Below are positions 7,338 through 18,018 of a stretch of 64,000 nt of DNA, piece after piece; position 1 is the first letter of the stretch, and each line of letters begins with the position of its first letter. The notes below the pieces were generated by a model. It was not told the DNA's origin. It ran no database searches and was given only the letters and a program-made list of their open reading frames with translations. Source of the stretch: a virus (taxonomy: Duplodnaviria; Heunggongvirae; Uroviricota; Caudoviricetes). Where the stretch lies: the IMG/VR virus record IMGVR_UViG_3300021387_000529, positions 218,811-282,810 of that record. The stretch is one strand, 5' to 3'. A program made the translations under genes and the position numbers.

Positions 7338-8666
7338 ATGGAGAAAGCACTCTATATACATGGTCTTGGTGGTTCAGGAACAGGAAGTTCTGCTACCAAT
7401 GTTAGAAAAGCTCTTGAAGGTATCTATGACGTTGTTGCGAACACATATGACCATTTAGACCCTTTAGAGACTTTTGCAAGAATTAAAGAAGATGCTAAAA
7501 ATGTTGATGTGATTATTGCGTCTTCACTCGGTGCTTTTTATGCTCTGTCACTTGACACAATTAAACCAATTTTAGTTCTTAATCCTTGCATTTGTCCTAA
7601 AAAGGTTATTCCTGGACTTTTACGTGAAGACCAGAAAAAAGGTTATGATGAAGAAAAATGTTTCGAAGAATGGGATATTCTTGAAGAAAGTTGGGCAAGC
7701 ATCGACAGTGAAAATTGCGCAATGCGTTTTGCTGTTTTTTCAGATAAAGACGAATATTTCTCTTTTGAAAAAGAGTTTACAGCAAACTTCAAAAACCTTC
7801 ATTATGGCTTGAAGAATACGAAGTTTATTAACGGAACACACGAAATTGCAAAACATACTGATCAATTGAAGCAGGCTTTTTCAGCATTTTTCAAATATCT
7901 TGCTGAATTAAGCGATGCTGACAATTATGGCTCAGAACAAGTTGAATTAAATGAGTCTCATCTCCAGGAAAAATATCTCAATATGTTTTTCAATTCTGGA
8001 GACGCTCGACAAGAACATTTGATTGACGCAAACTTTGATGAAATTTGGGAAATCCTTGATAAAGCATACGCTTACACAAAAAACAACCAGCGTGGAAAAG
8101 GTGGCCCAGGTGGTTTTACTACTAAAGAAGACTTGTATGCAGATTGTTTGAAGTCTAATGCAATGGTAAAATGTATCAAGTCAGGTGGCGGTAAAATGCA
8201 AGCAGTTGCTATTTACAACCTCAATCGTGGTGGAAGAAAACTTTCATTGATTGGTGGAGATTGTGAATGGAACCCTGAAAAAGGAAAATATGTTGCAACT
8301 GAAGACGGAAAGAAAGCACTTTATAAGATTATCAAAGAAGACATAAAAGACAGTGGCCGTAACTTCTGGGGTGAAATCTCAGATGCTGCTGAAATCTTGT
8401 ATTTCTTCAAAACAAATGCACAATCTATCCCACAATCTGTTGTTGAAGCTTTGATGCCTGGAAAAGGAATACAAAATACTTCACACCATGAGCCTGTGAA
8501 GAGAGATAAGTCTGGAAATGAATACGAAAATCGCTTTGATAAAGACTACTACGAGCGTCCAATTGACGGAAATATCCATCGTAAGGTTGCTGTTACAGCT
8601 CCAGAAAATGTAGACAAAGTTCAAGACTTTCCATTAGTTAGATATAATAAAAAGAAAGGAGAATAA
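7338..8666 (+). CDS. YqiA/UPF0227-type alpha/beta-hydrolase (esterase) domain fused to a C-terminal domain of unknown function
   Basis: The N-terminus LYIHGLGGSG...SSLGAFYA...LVLNP parallels E. coli YqiA (LYIHGFNSS...SSLGGYYA...VVVNP), with a nucleophile elbow (A/G)xSxG. The ~250-aa C-terminal part (GKGGPGGF...GGGK...GGDCEW) is unassigned. The protein is 442 aa. Confidence 0.5.
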   Translation: MEKALYIHGLGGSGTGSSATNVRKALEGIYDVVANTYDHLDPLETFARIKEDAKNVDVIIASSLGAFYALSLDTIKPILVLNPCICPKKVIPGLLREDQKKGYDEEKCFEEWDILEESWASIDSENCAMRFAVFSDKDEYFSFEKEFTANFKNLHYGLKNTKFINGTHEIAKHTDQLKQAFSAFFKYLAELSDADNYGSEQVELNESHLQEKYLNMFFNSGDARQEHLIDANFDEIWEILDKAYAYTKNNQRGKGGPGGFTTKEDLYADCLKSNAMVKCIKSGGGKMQAVAIYNLNRGGRKLSLIGGDCEWNPEKGKYVATEDGKKALYKIIKEDIKDSGRNFWGEISDAAEILYFFKTNAQSIPQSVVEALMPGKGIQNTSHHEPVKRDKSGNEYENRFDKDYYERPIDGNIHRKVAVTAPENVDKVQDFPLVRYNKKKGE

Positions 8667-8671
8667 CACAC

Positions 8672-9136
8672 ATGAGTGAAATCGTAGAAGCTGCAAAGAA
8701 ACGCTATCCAGAAGCTGAAATTGAAGACATTGGCGATGACACAGTCTCAATTGATGGCTATATTTGGCATGCATACAAAGAAGATGAGCTTGAAAGAAGG
8801 GCAAAAGCTCTTATTAAAGAAGTCTTTGAAACATCTTATGATGATGCAGGTTTGACAACTTTTGTTAAAGAAAATGGAGGCTATAAAGACTTCTACAAAG
8901 ACTCATATATCAATGATATTCGTATTTCTGATGACTCTGGCATGTTTGACAGTATGTCAGATGAACAAATCATCGATGAGCTTGAAGCTATGGATTGGTT
9001 TAACGATGGCTATACCAAAGAAATGCTCGACTTTGACAAAATGACAGACTACACATATGATGTTGACGGTTTTTCTATTCTTGATGAAAATGGCAACAGC
9101 TTCTATGAAGACGGTTACAATTTTATTCAAGAATAA
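8672..9136 (+). CDS. highly acidic hypothetical protein (154 aa)
   Basis: The ORF is rich in Asp and Glu and follows 7338..8666 in the same operon. Confidence 0.55.
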   Translation: MSEIVEAAKKRYPEAEIEDIGDDTVSIDGYIWHAYKEDELERRAKALIKEVFETSYDDAGLTTFVKENGGYKDFYKDSYINDIRISDDSGMFDSMSDEQIIDELEAMDWFNDGYTKEMLDFDKMTDYTYDVDGFSILDENGNSFYEDGYNFIQE

Positions 9137-9138
9137 TT

Positions 9139-9180
9139 AAAAATTGAACAAACTCAGATTAATTTATATATAATTTACTA
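9139..9180 (+). promoter_or_regulatory. sigma-A-like promoter variant (TTGAAC 9144-9149, 17 bp spacer, TATATAAT)
   Basis: ttaaaaattgaacaaactcagattaatttatatataattt upstream of the Shine-Dalgarno site AGGAGG of 9194. Confidence 0.5.
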
Positions 9181-9193
9181 TAGGAGGCTACAT

Positions 9194-9934
9194 ATGCCAC
9201 GCATAAAAAAACCTGTTGAAATCTATTCTAAAACTGGGCTTCCATTCCGTCCAGATATGGAGCTTGTCATCAATGCACAGAAAGGCGATGAGAAGTCTTA
9301 TGTTGAACTTTGGGACAAGTTCTTCTTGCTCAGACAGAAAGAAAAGTTTGAGTTTATCAATTGGTGTAAACAGCATCACATCGAAAATGCAGTGTACCAA
9401 GACTATGTAGACTCTTGGGATGCTGATGCTTGGGAAAAATTCCGCAATCAAATGCCTGGTATTCGTATTGATGAGCTCAAAGCAAAGGGTTATACAAATG
9501 ACAACTGGGGTATCACAATTCGTTTGAAAGGCTACTTTGACGTTGTCAACCGTTCTTACAGCAATAACATCCTTAAGAAATTGAACAATGAAGTTCCAAA
9601 TGTGCGCTTTTATGACAAAGATGATGATGAAGGCGTATCGGTTCTCGATAATGTCTCACGTGATGAAGACATCCTTAAAGGATATGCGAAGAAAATCTTG
9701 AAAACTTCATATTCACGTATGCTTGCAGACTTGAATGTAAAGCAGCGTCAAGTTGTAACTTTGAAAGAAAAAGATTCTTCAGTTTCAGCAATCGTTCGTG
9801 AACTTGGAATAAAACGAAAAGAAGCAACAGATGCGCTCGAATATGCAAAGACACGCCTTGAATATTGGGTTGAAAAGTCTTCAAAAGAAGAAGGCGTGCC
9901 AATGACATATCGCGATATGGTTGAATATTTTTAA
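9194..9934 (+). CDS. putative phage-encoded sigma factor (sigma-70/ECF-like regions 2 and 4)
   Basis: LVINAQKGDEKSYVELWDKF resembles region 2, and the C-terminal LNVKQRQVVTLKEKDSSVSAIVRELGIKRKEATDALEYAKTRLEY resembles a region-4 helix-turn-helix. The protein is 246 aa. Confidence 0.45.
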   Translation: MPRIKKPVEIYSKTGLPFRPDMELVINAQKGDEKSYVELWDKFFLLRQKEKFEFINWCKQHHIENAVYQDYVDSWDADAWEKFRNQMPGIRIDELKAKGYTNDNWGITIRLKGYFDVVNRSYSNNILKKLNNEVPNVRFYDKDDDEGVSVLDNVSRDEDILKGYAKKILKTSYSRMLADLNVKQRQVVTLKEKDSSVSAIVRELGIKRKEATDALEYAKTRLEYWVEKSSKEEGVPMTYRDMVEYF

Positions 9935-12900
9935 GACTTCCATGAAGCGCTCTTCTTTCCTTCAATTTTATTATTGATTTCTGAAAGAAGAGCATAAATA
10001 TCATCCAAAGACTTTGCTCCATTATTTGAGGCTTCAGTAGACTTATTAGACCCAAATGAAAATTTAGACTTCCAATCTGCGATTGGAGAACTGCTTGTTG
10101 ATGTATTTTTTTGAACATCTTTTAGAATCTTCACAGAGTCTTTTTTCTTTGAGAGTTCAACCAATTCATTATTCAATGCATGAATAGATGACGCTAAGCT
10201 ATTAACAACATCTTTTGATGACGATAATGACTCAAATGACTTATTAAATGAGTCAGTAAAACTTGACAATGTATTTGCGTCAAATTTTGTAAGTTCTCTC
10301 ATTGCATCAACAAATTTCTTTGCATTCTTTTTCGATGGAGCTTCTTTTATTCCTTTTTCAATTCCTTTAAATCCACTCTTTAATTTTGAGCCATCAATTT
10401 TTGAAACAGCTTTTGTAATAAAGTCAATAGCTTTTAGACCTTTTACCATTGCTTTACTATCAAATTGAGCAGCAGCATTTCCAGCATCAATAAACTTCTT
10501 GAAAACATTTTTCATAGTTTTACCAATAAGAAGCATACTGACGCTTAATGGAATACATGCTGCAGCTGCAACAACTGAAGCAAGAGAAGCAAGACCGATT
10601 TCTCCATAGATTGGAATTAACTGGCTGATTTTATCTGATATTCCATTTAAGTCTGGAAGTTTGGCTAAAACAGACATTGAAGCGAAAAGTGCAGCTGCTG
10701 TTGGGATTAACAACAATGATGACGCCAACATCAATGGAATTGTTGGAATAATGACAATTGAAGCCAATCCAGCAATTGCCAATGCTCCAAATGTTTTTGC
10801 AAGTCCAAAGGCTTTATCAGTTATCACATTCATGTCTGGGAACTTTTCCATAATTTTGAATGCTCCAAGCAATGCTAATGATGAAGCTAACAATAATACA
10901 CCAGCAACTGTCATCATTGGTGCTAAAACAGCTAATGGAACTGCTGCAGCTGCGGCGACTGTTGTTGCTAAAAGAATTCCTGCTAAACCAACCATAGCAA
11001 GCATCATTTGTCCTACACCACCATTCTCATCTATAACTTGTTTTATTTTTCCAACCATCATCACAGAAAGCAACATTGCTCCTGTTGCGATAACTACTGC
11101 AATTCCTACTGCTGCTAAAGCTCCTGCTCCTGCAAGTACATATGGTGCTATTGCTCCAAGCGCAATAACAGCGGCAAAAACAATTGCCATCACTCCAAAT
11201 CCAAAAAGAACCATTTTCCAGTTCTGTTTCATAAAGTCACCAACTTTTGCAAGAAGTTTTACTGAGATTAAAAGACTTAAACTCATAACAGCTAATGCAA
11301 CAGCTAGAACAATCAATGCAAATGCGCCTTTCAAACAATTTTTTGCGAGCTTAGCAAGTAAGATTAAACCAGCAAATAAGACACCTGCAAGCAATAAACC
11401 TGGAATAGCTAAAACTGTCATTGGAACAGTCAAAAACAAAAGTGTTGTTGCTGTCAACAATGCTGTTGCAAAAACACTTAACAATATTACAGTTGCAATT
11501 CCCCATCCAAGTTCTTTCTTCAAATCAGAAAGTCTATTAAGCATAGTAGAAGTTGCATTAATCATATTTGTAAATTTTTTGTCAATGTTTTTGAGATGAG
11601 AAGCTATTCCTGCGGCGAATTTCATTGCTTTCATAGCGATAGCTAAGTTTATAAACAATGGTGTCATCAACATGCATGATACAATAGCTCCAGCAACTTT
11701 AGAAGGTTTAATATCATTAAATCCACTGAAAACTTTTGCAAGTTTACCAGTAAGAAGAGCGAGTGAGCTAAGCCCATCTTCTAATGATTTTTCATGTTTC
11801 TTAATAAATGAACTTGTAAATTTCAAAGCTAAAAACATCGGAACGAGCTGCAATGAGAATGCGATTATTCCAAACGCAATTAAATTTATATTCATTGCAA
11901 TGTTTTTTACAAGTTTAGTTTTATCTGAAAGCTCTTTTACGAGAGCAATATCTATTCCTGAGAATGCTTCTTTAATCTGTAATACCCAACTGTTAATTCC
12001 ATTTGATAAAAAATAAGATGCCAAAACAGCTGGTAAGATGGCAATCGCAAGTGGTGAAGTTGCGATAATCAATGTGCTCATAGCCATCAAACTCAATGCA
12101 ACCTTTGATATTGTTTTTGTATAATCTACATATTTTTTAGAGTCAAATTTATCAAGTGGTTTTTCAATTTTTTTAACATTTTTTACCCAATTTATTATTC
12201 CACTAAAACCAAGTTTAGAAGTTAACAAAAGCGCAACTTGGTATGGAACACCAGCTAAAATAGCAATTGATGCTCCAATTAAGCTGATTGAAGACTTTCC
12301 AATGTCTTTTGCTATTTTTACGATATTTCCAGAGTCAAAAGTTGCTACTTCACTGAGTTTATTTAAGCTTCGAGCATAATTTGTCAAACCTTTAAGATAA
12401 TTTTTTCTTCCATCTGGGAAAAGTTTATTAACCAATCCACTTAAAGGACGTGACTTAATAATAATTAAACTTATAGAGTTGATTGTTTTTGCAGTTGTTC
12501 TAATATCATTAGAAAACTTAAGTAAAGCTGAAGAGTCAATCTTCATATTTATAATGTCTTTATTAAAAGACTTTGCCCAGTTTTTTATGCCTTTTGATGC
12601 ATTGTTTAAAGCTTTTGTGTCTAATGTTTTTACTTTTGAGATGTCTTTTACAAGTTTATTGAATGACTTAATATATTGAGATGCCGCCATTGTATCACCA
12701 GCGACGATAGCAACTGCATTTATATCTCCACCTTTTTTATCGTTTTTCTTTTTTGTTCCAAAAATGTTTCCAAAAAGATTTTTTATACCACCAAACATTT
12801 TTCCAAAAAGTTGTGGAATTGATGAGAAAAATCCTTTTAAGTCTTTAAATGAACTTGTTATTGTATTCTTAATTCCAGCAAATGGCTTCGTTATTGAGTC

Positions 12901-13464
12901 TTTTATTCCTGCCGTAATTTTTGAGAATGGTGACGTAATTAAACTTGGAAGAGACTTCAATGAACCAAGAGCTTTATTGAAAGTCTTTGTAAATGAGTTT
13001 GACATTGAATTTTGTGATTTTTCAAATGACTTAAACATGTCTCTAAAGCTGTTTCCACCTTTTTCAGCAGATTGTATTTTTTGTGGTCTATCTTTTTTGT
13101 TATCTTTTCCAAGATTTCCAAGAGACTTTGTTTGTATATTCAATGCCTTAACTGTATCATTAAAACCTTTTGTTAGTGTTGCTACAATTACAACTGCTCC
13201 AATTCTGTCTGAAACATCAGATTTCATGTCAGTTACATTTTTAGCTCCAGTTTTTAATGATGAGTTTATTTTCTTTCGTTTATCTATTTCTTCAGACAAA
13301 GATGGACTATTTTTTGAAGACTTTTCATTTATAGTATTACTTTTTGCTGTATCTTCTAAAATTGTAAGAATTTTTTCTAAAGCTTCTGTAATAAAATTAT
13401 TTTCATCTTTAAAATATGATGCTGTTTCGCTTGTAGATTTTGCTATCGCTGTTAGTCCATCCAT
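9931..13464 (-). CDS. tail tape-measure protein (putative)
   Basis: 1177 aa with a Lys-rich N-terminus, a long central block of many hydrophobic, transmembrane-like helices, and coiled-coil C-terminal parts. An ACTAAAT box is 5 nt upstream of the ATG. Confidence 0.6.
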   Translation of the reverse strand: MDGLTAIAKSTSETASYFKDENNFITEALEKILTILEDTAKSNTINEKSSKNSPSLSEEIDKRKKINSSLKTGAKNVTDMKSDVSDRIGAVVIVATLTKGFNDTVKALNIQTKSLGNLGKDNKKDRPQKIQSAEKGGNSFRDMFKSFEKSQNSMSNSFTKTFNKALGSLKSLPSLITSPFSKITAGIKDSITKPFAGIKNTITSSFKDLKGFFSSIPQLFGKMFGGIKNLFGNIFGTKKKNDKKGGDINAVAIVAGDTMAASQYIKSFNKLVKDISKVKTLDTKALNNASKGIKNWAKSFNKDIINMKIDSSALLKFSNDIRTTAKTINSISLIIIKSRPLSGLVNKLFPDGRKNYLKGLTNYARSLNKLSEVATFDSGNIVKIAKDIGKSSISLIGASIAILAGVPYQVALLLTSKLGFSGIINWVKNVKKIEKPLDKFDSKKYVDYTKTISKVALSLMAMSTLIIATSPLAIAILPAVLASYFLSNGINSWVLQIKEAFSGIDIALVKELSDKTKLVKNIAMNINLIAFGIIAFSLQLVPMFLALKFTSSFIKKHEKSLEDGLSSLALLTGKLAKVFSGFNDIKPSKVAGAIVSCMLMTPLFINLAIAMKAMKFAAGIASHLKNIDKKFTNMINATSTMLNRLSDLKKELGWGIATVILLSVFATALLTATTLLFLTVPMTVLAIPGLLLAGVLFAGLILLAKLAKNCLKGAFALIVLAVALAVMSLSLLISVKLLAKVGDFMKQNWKMVLFGFGVMAIVFAAVIALGAIAPYVLAGAGALAAVGIAVVIATGAMLLSVMMVGKIKQVIDENGGVGQMMLAMVGLAGILLATTVAAAAAVPLAVLAPMMTVAGVLLLASSLALLGAFKIMEKFPDMNVITDKAFGLAKTFGALAIAGLASIVIIPTIPLMLASSLLLIPTAAALFASMSVLAKLPDLNGISDKISQLIPIYGEIGLASLASVVAAAACIPLSVSMLLIGKTMKNVFKKFIDAGNAAAQFDSKAMVKGLKAIDFITKAVSKIDGSKLKSGFKGIEKGIKEAPSKKNAKKFVDAMRELTKFDANTLSSFTDSFNKSFESLSSSKDVVNSLASSIHALNNELVELSKKKDSVKILKDVQKNTSTSSSPIADWKSKFSFGSNKSTEASNNGAKSLDDIYALLSEINNKIEGKKSASWKS

Positions 13465-13468
13465 AGAT

Positions 13469-13488
13469 TATTTAGTTATAACTAAATA
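13469..13488. promoter_or_regulatory. perfect 20-bp palindrome TATTTAGTTATAACTAAATA placing an AACTAAAT box before both divergent genes (13464 minus strand, 13495 plus strand)
   Basis: Seen directly in the sequence. It is a bidirectional version of the late-class box. Confidence 0.5.
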
Positions 13489-13494
13489 TATTGT

Positions 13495-16400
13495 ATGACT
13501 GACAATAAAGATCCTTACATTTATAATGTTGATAAAAACTCAGATTTTGAACAATTCGCATGGGCTCTTGAAAATTTTGATGTAAAAGCAGCATTCAAAG
13601 ATTTTCTAAATATTGAAAATAACATACAAAAAAGTGATAAAGAAAATAACACAAAAATTTATGATAGTCTCTATAAACAGTTTCTTGATACAAAGTCTTC
13701 AGATCATCTTTCACAATTACAGCTTGATGTTTTAAATTATATTCTTAAATATGAGAACGGAACATATAAAGTTAATGATAAAATCGTAGACATCGAAACT
13801 AACAAGGGTGAAAAGACTTTTACGCTCTATGAGCCAGGATTTTATAAGGTTGAGATTAAAGGACCATCAGGACTTCAATTAAAAAACTCAACAAATCAAT
13901 TTTTATCATCTGGAAAAAATTATGTAGTTTATGAGTCTAAAGATAAAACAACATTTTTTATCATCAATACTAAGTTTGAATACATTTTCCAATATGCTGT
14001 ATCTTCAAATATAAATATTTCATGTGGTGTAGCTGAAGTAAATGACACAAATGTTTTTCTTTTTGAGCAATTTCATGATTATGATCGACCGGTACATAAT
14101 TTTCAGCAATTAATTGAGGTTGATAATTATTTTAATAAATGTGACGTTTATAATGTTAATAAGTCTACTGTATTTGAGTATTTTTCTTTCATAGATGATG
14201 CGTTTGATAAAAACTTTTATTGTCTTAAGACTAATATTGTTTCACAAAGTACAATTTTATCACATGCAGATATAACATACAATCCAACCACATATGTATG
14301 TGGTTTACCAGAAAATGAACGAAGTGAATATCTATCTGGAATTCAAAACGGTTATTATTCTAAAAAAATTTCTGAAAATATGAATATTAACTCTTTGAAA
14401 GAGCTTACTTTCTCTTCATTTTTGAAGTCTGGTGCTGTTTACAATTATAATTATTTGCATGGTGGTGATGGTGGCTCGGTTGTCGCAATTATTAAGCTCG
14501 ATAAAGAAACAACTTTCCAATACAATATTGGAAAGTCTGATGAAGGAAGTTCTACATTTTTAAAGTCATCTAATTATAGTTTCTATGCAGAATGTGGTCT
14601 TAATGCGAATGAAAAAAGTTTTTTAAAGACATCTGACCATATATCAAATGATAGCCTATGCAATTTAAGACTCATCACAGACCATAATTTTAGAGATGAC
14701 GCATCAAAATCTACAACAGACAAAGTAAACTTCCATATTGGAGAAAACTTAGACTATAGCACATATGAAGCCGGTTGCGGAAGAGGCTTTGTTATTATAA
14801 ACAATAATTGTGTTTTTGAGTCTTATGGCGCAGGAGAATATGGCTCAGGCTATAGACTGAATGAATTTAAAAATGCAGTTTATCAACCTCCAAAAAATGG
14901 TTCTATTAAAATAGAATTTCTTGGCTCAAGATATGTTCTTCATAAAAAAGTAAATTTTAGCTCAGACAACAATATTAGAAATAATTTGTATATATGTGAT
15001 GAAGGTCTTCCAATTGGCTGTAAATTTAATTTCCAATCAATGATTACGAATTCTATGTATGGTTGTTTCAAAAATACATATAGCTTCTTGTCTGAAAATG
15101 GAAGACATTTTAACTACATTGGAATTTCTGTTGATACAAAGGAAATTGAAGATAATGTTGTATTAAACTTTGATAACAACTTGAAATATATAAATATCGA
15201 TAAAGAAAATAAAACAATTTTTACACTTCAAAATGACAAAAATCTTTTTGGAACCCTTACTGGATCTGATGGTGAAAGTCTTATGTTAGACACTATTATG
15301 AATGGGTCTTTCAGTTTTTATAATGACCTTTTGTATAATTATAATAAATTTTGTTCAAATGGTCTTTCAGTAAGTATTTCATCATTCTCATCAGAAAGCT
15401 TTGACCTAAAAACATTATTTAAAAACTTTAATAATTTAAATATATTTAATAATGTTGAGTCAATTACACAAGTTGAGTTTTCTTTTGAAAACTCTTTATC
15501 ATTTTCAAAATACACTGACATCTATGGACAAGTCGTATTGCCAGACGTTGATGAGGCTAAGATAGTAAAACTTGAGTACTCTCTTTATAATCATGAAAGT
15601 CCTGTTCCATATGAAAAAGGCCAAAAAATAATTATTCCTTCAAATACTAAAATGTTTTTGAAATTTACATTTAACACTTCAAGGGTAAGACTTGATGAAA
15701 ATCTTACATCATTTCAAGGCTATAAATATTTTTATAGAAAAAATGTAGATTTTGATAATAACTACATAAAAGATGAATATTTTAAAACTAATGGAATAAA
15801 CTTTCAATGTGTTGAATTTATTCCTCAAACATCACAATATTGCAGCGTTTTTATTCAAAAAAATACATATAATTTCTCAATTAGTCCAGACCTTTTTAAT
15901 GAGCTCGACTTAAAAAATTTCTATAATAGAAGTGAGTTTGAAGTTGGAGAAGCTGTTCTTTTACAATTGAACATTAAAAACTATGTTAGAGTTTCAAATT
16001 TAAAAAATTATTATTATAAACAACAGTCAAAAACGATACTTGGTACGCCATTCCCAGCCCCAGATAAAACTTGCCCTTGCTATACATATTTTGATACAAA
16101 TAATATTTTTGAGTCTTTTATTAGATTTGGAAACCTTGAAGACGATAAAAATTTTTGTGACTCTTCAGTTGTAGACCTTTTATCAAGAAAAGGTTTCAAC
16201 AATGTGGCGATTGAAAGCGGCAAAGAAAAAAATTATAATGGCATTGATGTTCTATGCTCAAGAGAAGTTGAAGAAAAAGACTATGAAGGTGATATTACAA
16301 ATAACCCAACTTTAAAAATCACATGTACTGCGTCTGCTTCAAAAGATGAATCTGTCTTTATCTATATCTACATGAAAGAATGCGATATTAAATTAAGACT

Positions 16401-18018
16401 TTCAGCAAATTATAATCCAGGACAAACTATTGCTTGTGTTGAGAACTTGAACTCTGCTTATGTAAGTATATTCAAGAATTACTGCTTTACTATCTTCGGA
16501 GTTGGTGGACCAACTGGAAATGGTGAAAATGGTGGTTTCGGCGAAATGGACGGAACAACTGAGAGTATGCCTGGGTCATTTGGTGGAGATGGCTATAATA
16601 GTGGAAGTGGTGGATGTGGTGGTTCTACTAAAAACATACGGCCTTGGACACATTATTGGGGTGGTTTCGTTCCTACGAATGTCGACCTCCAAGTAGCTGC
16701 TGCAGGTTTTGGAGGATTTCCTGGAAGAGCATTTTTCTCACCTGGGTCTAAAGGTTCTGATGGCCGTTGTTTACTTGGAAATAAGTATCAGTATATCTTT
16801 AAACTTAGAGCGAAAACTTCAGAAAGAGGTGGTCAAAAATTTATAGAAATTTGGAACCCTGGAGAGAAAAAAGTTCCATATTATACAGGAATTCCAATTG
16901 TTGTTTTTACAGAAATTATCAAACATAAAGAAAACTTTATAAAGCCAGTAATTTATATTAAATCTGGAATAAAAGGACTAAGTCATCTAACAGCTGAATA
17001 CCAATTAGATGGCTTAGGTGGTGGTCCTGGACTTCCATCATTTTTAAAAATTATTCATAATAATGATGTTCCTTATGGTAGTAATAACACAGAATTAAAA
17101 TTAATTTCTAAAAAGACAGCTTATGGTGAAATATATTCATATTTTTATGATAATGGTAATTTGTCTATTAGTAATGAAGATGAAAATACTGCTGGAATGT
17201 CTTCTGGAAAGTTAGACTATAAAGATAAAGTTAATGTAGACTCAATGATTTTTGAAGGTGGAATTGCTGGTCAGTGTCACACTAGACAACCAAAAAGAAT
17301 TTCTACTTACCTCACAGTTTGGGGTTGGCCTTCTAATAATAGTAGCGATGATGAAGACAGATTTTCTGACTATTCTCCATTTACATATAATTATTTATCA
17401 GGATATACTGCTTCATATGCTCAAGGAAACAGTCAATTTACTCAAGACTGCAAAGCTAGCCTAAAATTCACATCGTCTGGTTCAGATGATATTAAAGGAT
17501 TTTATACAATAAGTCAAAATTTTACAAGAAATAAACTTACAGATTACCGTCTAAAAGAACTTTTAGGAATTTGCGTTAATGGTAACGATAATGGCACTAG
17601 AACTCGTGGTTCGCTCGTTAAATTTGGATTTAAAGGTTTTGACTCAGAATATTATAGCCTTTTTTGTGATAGTGATACAGGACGTAACTTTGATAATACA
17701 TTTGTATTCACAAATTGTTCGGCTGCATATGGGCTATCTAAAGAGTCAGAAGACGGAGAACAAACAATTGCAGAAAATCTTATGAAATCATTCAACTTTG
17801 TAGGTGAGTCAAATGTTTCAACAGACTCTGGAATCGTAAAAATACAAACATTCAATGATATTAGTGTTGATAAAAACAAAAGTGAAAAAATAAGCTTAGA
17901 GTCATTCTATAAAGGAGAACCAGACAACCATAATAGCCTAATAGATGCTGAAACAAATCCGACATCATTGATCAGTATTAGTACGTCAACCTTTATTCCT
18001 GAACAGCCTTTGGAGTAA
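13495..18018 (+). CDS. large tail protein (fibre or baseplate-associated, putative; 1507 aa)
   Basis: Asn-rich giant ORF with a Gly-rich segment (GGPTGNGENGGFGEMDG...GGDGYNSGSGGCGG). It is divergent from the tape-measure gene and preceded by an AACTAAAT box 7 nt before the ATG, with no Shine-Dalgarno site. Confidence 0.55.
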   Translation: MTDNKDPYIYNVDKNSDFEQFAWALENFDVKAAFKDFLNIENNIQKSDKENNTKIYDSLYKQFLDTKSSDHLSQLQLDVLNYILKYENGTYKVNDKIVDIETNKGEKTFTLYEPGFYKVEIKGPSGLQLKNSTNQFLSSGKNYVVYESKDKTTFFIINTKFEYIFQYAVSSNINISCGVAEVNDTNVFLFEQFHDYDRPVHNFQQLIEVDNYFNKCDVYNVNKSTVFEYFSFIDDAFDKNFYCLKTNIVSQSTILSHADITYNPTTYVCGLPENERSEYLSGIQNGYYSKKISENMNINSLKELTFSSFLKSGAVYNYNYLHGGDGGSVVAIIKLDKETTFQYNIGKSDEGSSTFLKSSNYSFYAECGLNANEKSFLKTSDHISNDSLCNLRLITDHNFRDDASKSTTDKVNFHIGENLDYSTYEAGCGRGFVIINNNCVFESYGAGEYGSGYRLNEFKNAVYQPPKNGSIKIEFLGSRYVLHKKVNFSSDNNIRNNLYICDEGLPIGCKFNFQSMITNSMYGCFKNTYSFLSENGRHFNYIGISVDTKEIEDNVVLNFDNNLKYINIDKENKTIFTLQNDKNLFGTLTGSDGESLMLDTIMNGSFSFYNDLLYNYNKFCSNGLSVSISSFSSESFDLKTLFKNFNNLNIFNNVESITQVEFSFENSLSFSKYTDIYGQVVLPDVDEAKIVKLEYSLYNHESPVPYEKGQKIIIPSNTKMFLKFTFNTSRVRLDENLTSFQGYKYFYRKNVDFDNNYIKDEYFKTNGINFQCVEFIPQTSQYCSVFIQKNTYNFSISPDLFNELDLKNFYNRSEFEVGEAVLLQLNIKNYVRVSNLKNYYYKQQSKTILGTPFPAPDKTCPCYTYFDTNNIFESFIRFGNLEDDKNFCDSSVVDLLSRKGFNNVAIESGKEKNYNGIDVLCSREVEEKDYEGDITNNPTLKITCTASASKDESVFIYIYMKECDIKLRLSANYNPGQTIACVENLNSAYVSIFKNYCFTIFGVGGPTGNGENGGFGEMDGTTESMPGSFGGDGYNSGSGGCGGSTKNIRPWTHYWGGFVPTNVDLQVAAAGFGGFPGRAFFSPGSKGSDGRCLLGNKYQYIFKLRAKTSERGGQKFIEIWNPGEKKVPYYTGIPIVVFTEIIKHKENFIKPVIYIKSGIKGLSHLTAEYQLDGLGGGPGLPSFLKIIHNNDVPYGSNNTELKLISKKTAYGEIYSYFYDNGNLSISNEDENTAGMSSGKLDYKDKVNVDSMIFEGGIAGQCHTRQPKRISTYLTVWGWPSNNSSDDEDRFSDYSPFTYNYLSGYTASYAQGNSQFTQDCKASLKFTSSGSDDIKGFYTISQNFTRNKLTDYRLKELLGICVNGNDNGTRTRGSLVKFGFKGFDSEYYSLFCDSDTGRNFDNTFVFTNCSAAYGLSKESEDGEQTIAENLMKSFNFVGESNVSTDSGIVKIQTFNDISVDKNKSEKISLESFYKGEPDNHNSLIDAETNPTSLISISTSTFIPEQPLE

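Noticed and set aside
9675-10118. Minus-strand ORF 9675..10118 spanning the junction of the sigma-like gene and the tape-measure gene.
   Set aside because: It overlaps the 3' end of a supported plus-strand gene and is in a different frame from the tape-measure C-terminus, so it is probably spurious.
10661-13498. Long plus-strand ORFs (10661..11599, 11672..12016, 12479..12679, 12764..13498) antisense to the tape-measure gene.
   Set aside because: They are artefacts of low-complexity Ala/Ile/Lys-rich coding on the opposite strand. They have no Shine-Dalgarno sites and lie entirely inside a 3.5-kb minus-strand gene with strong coding character.
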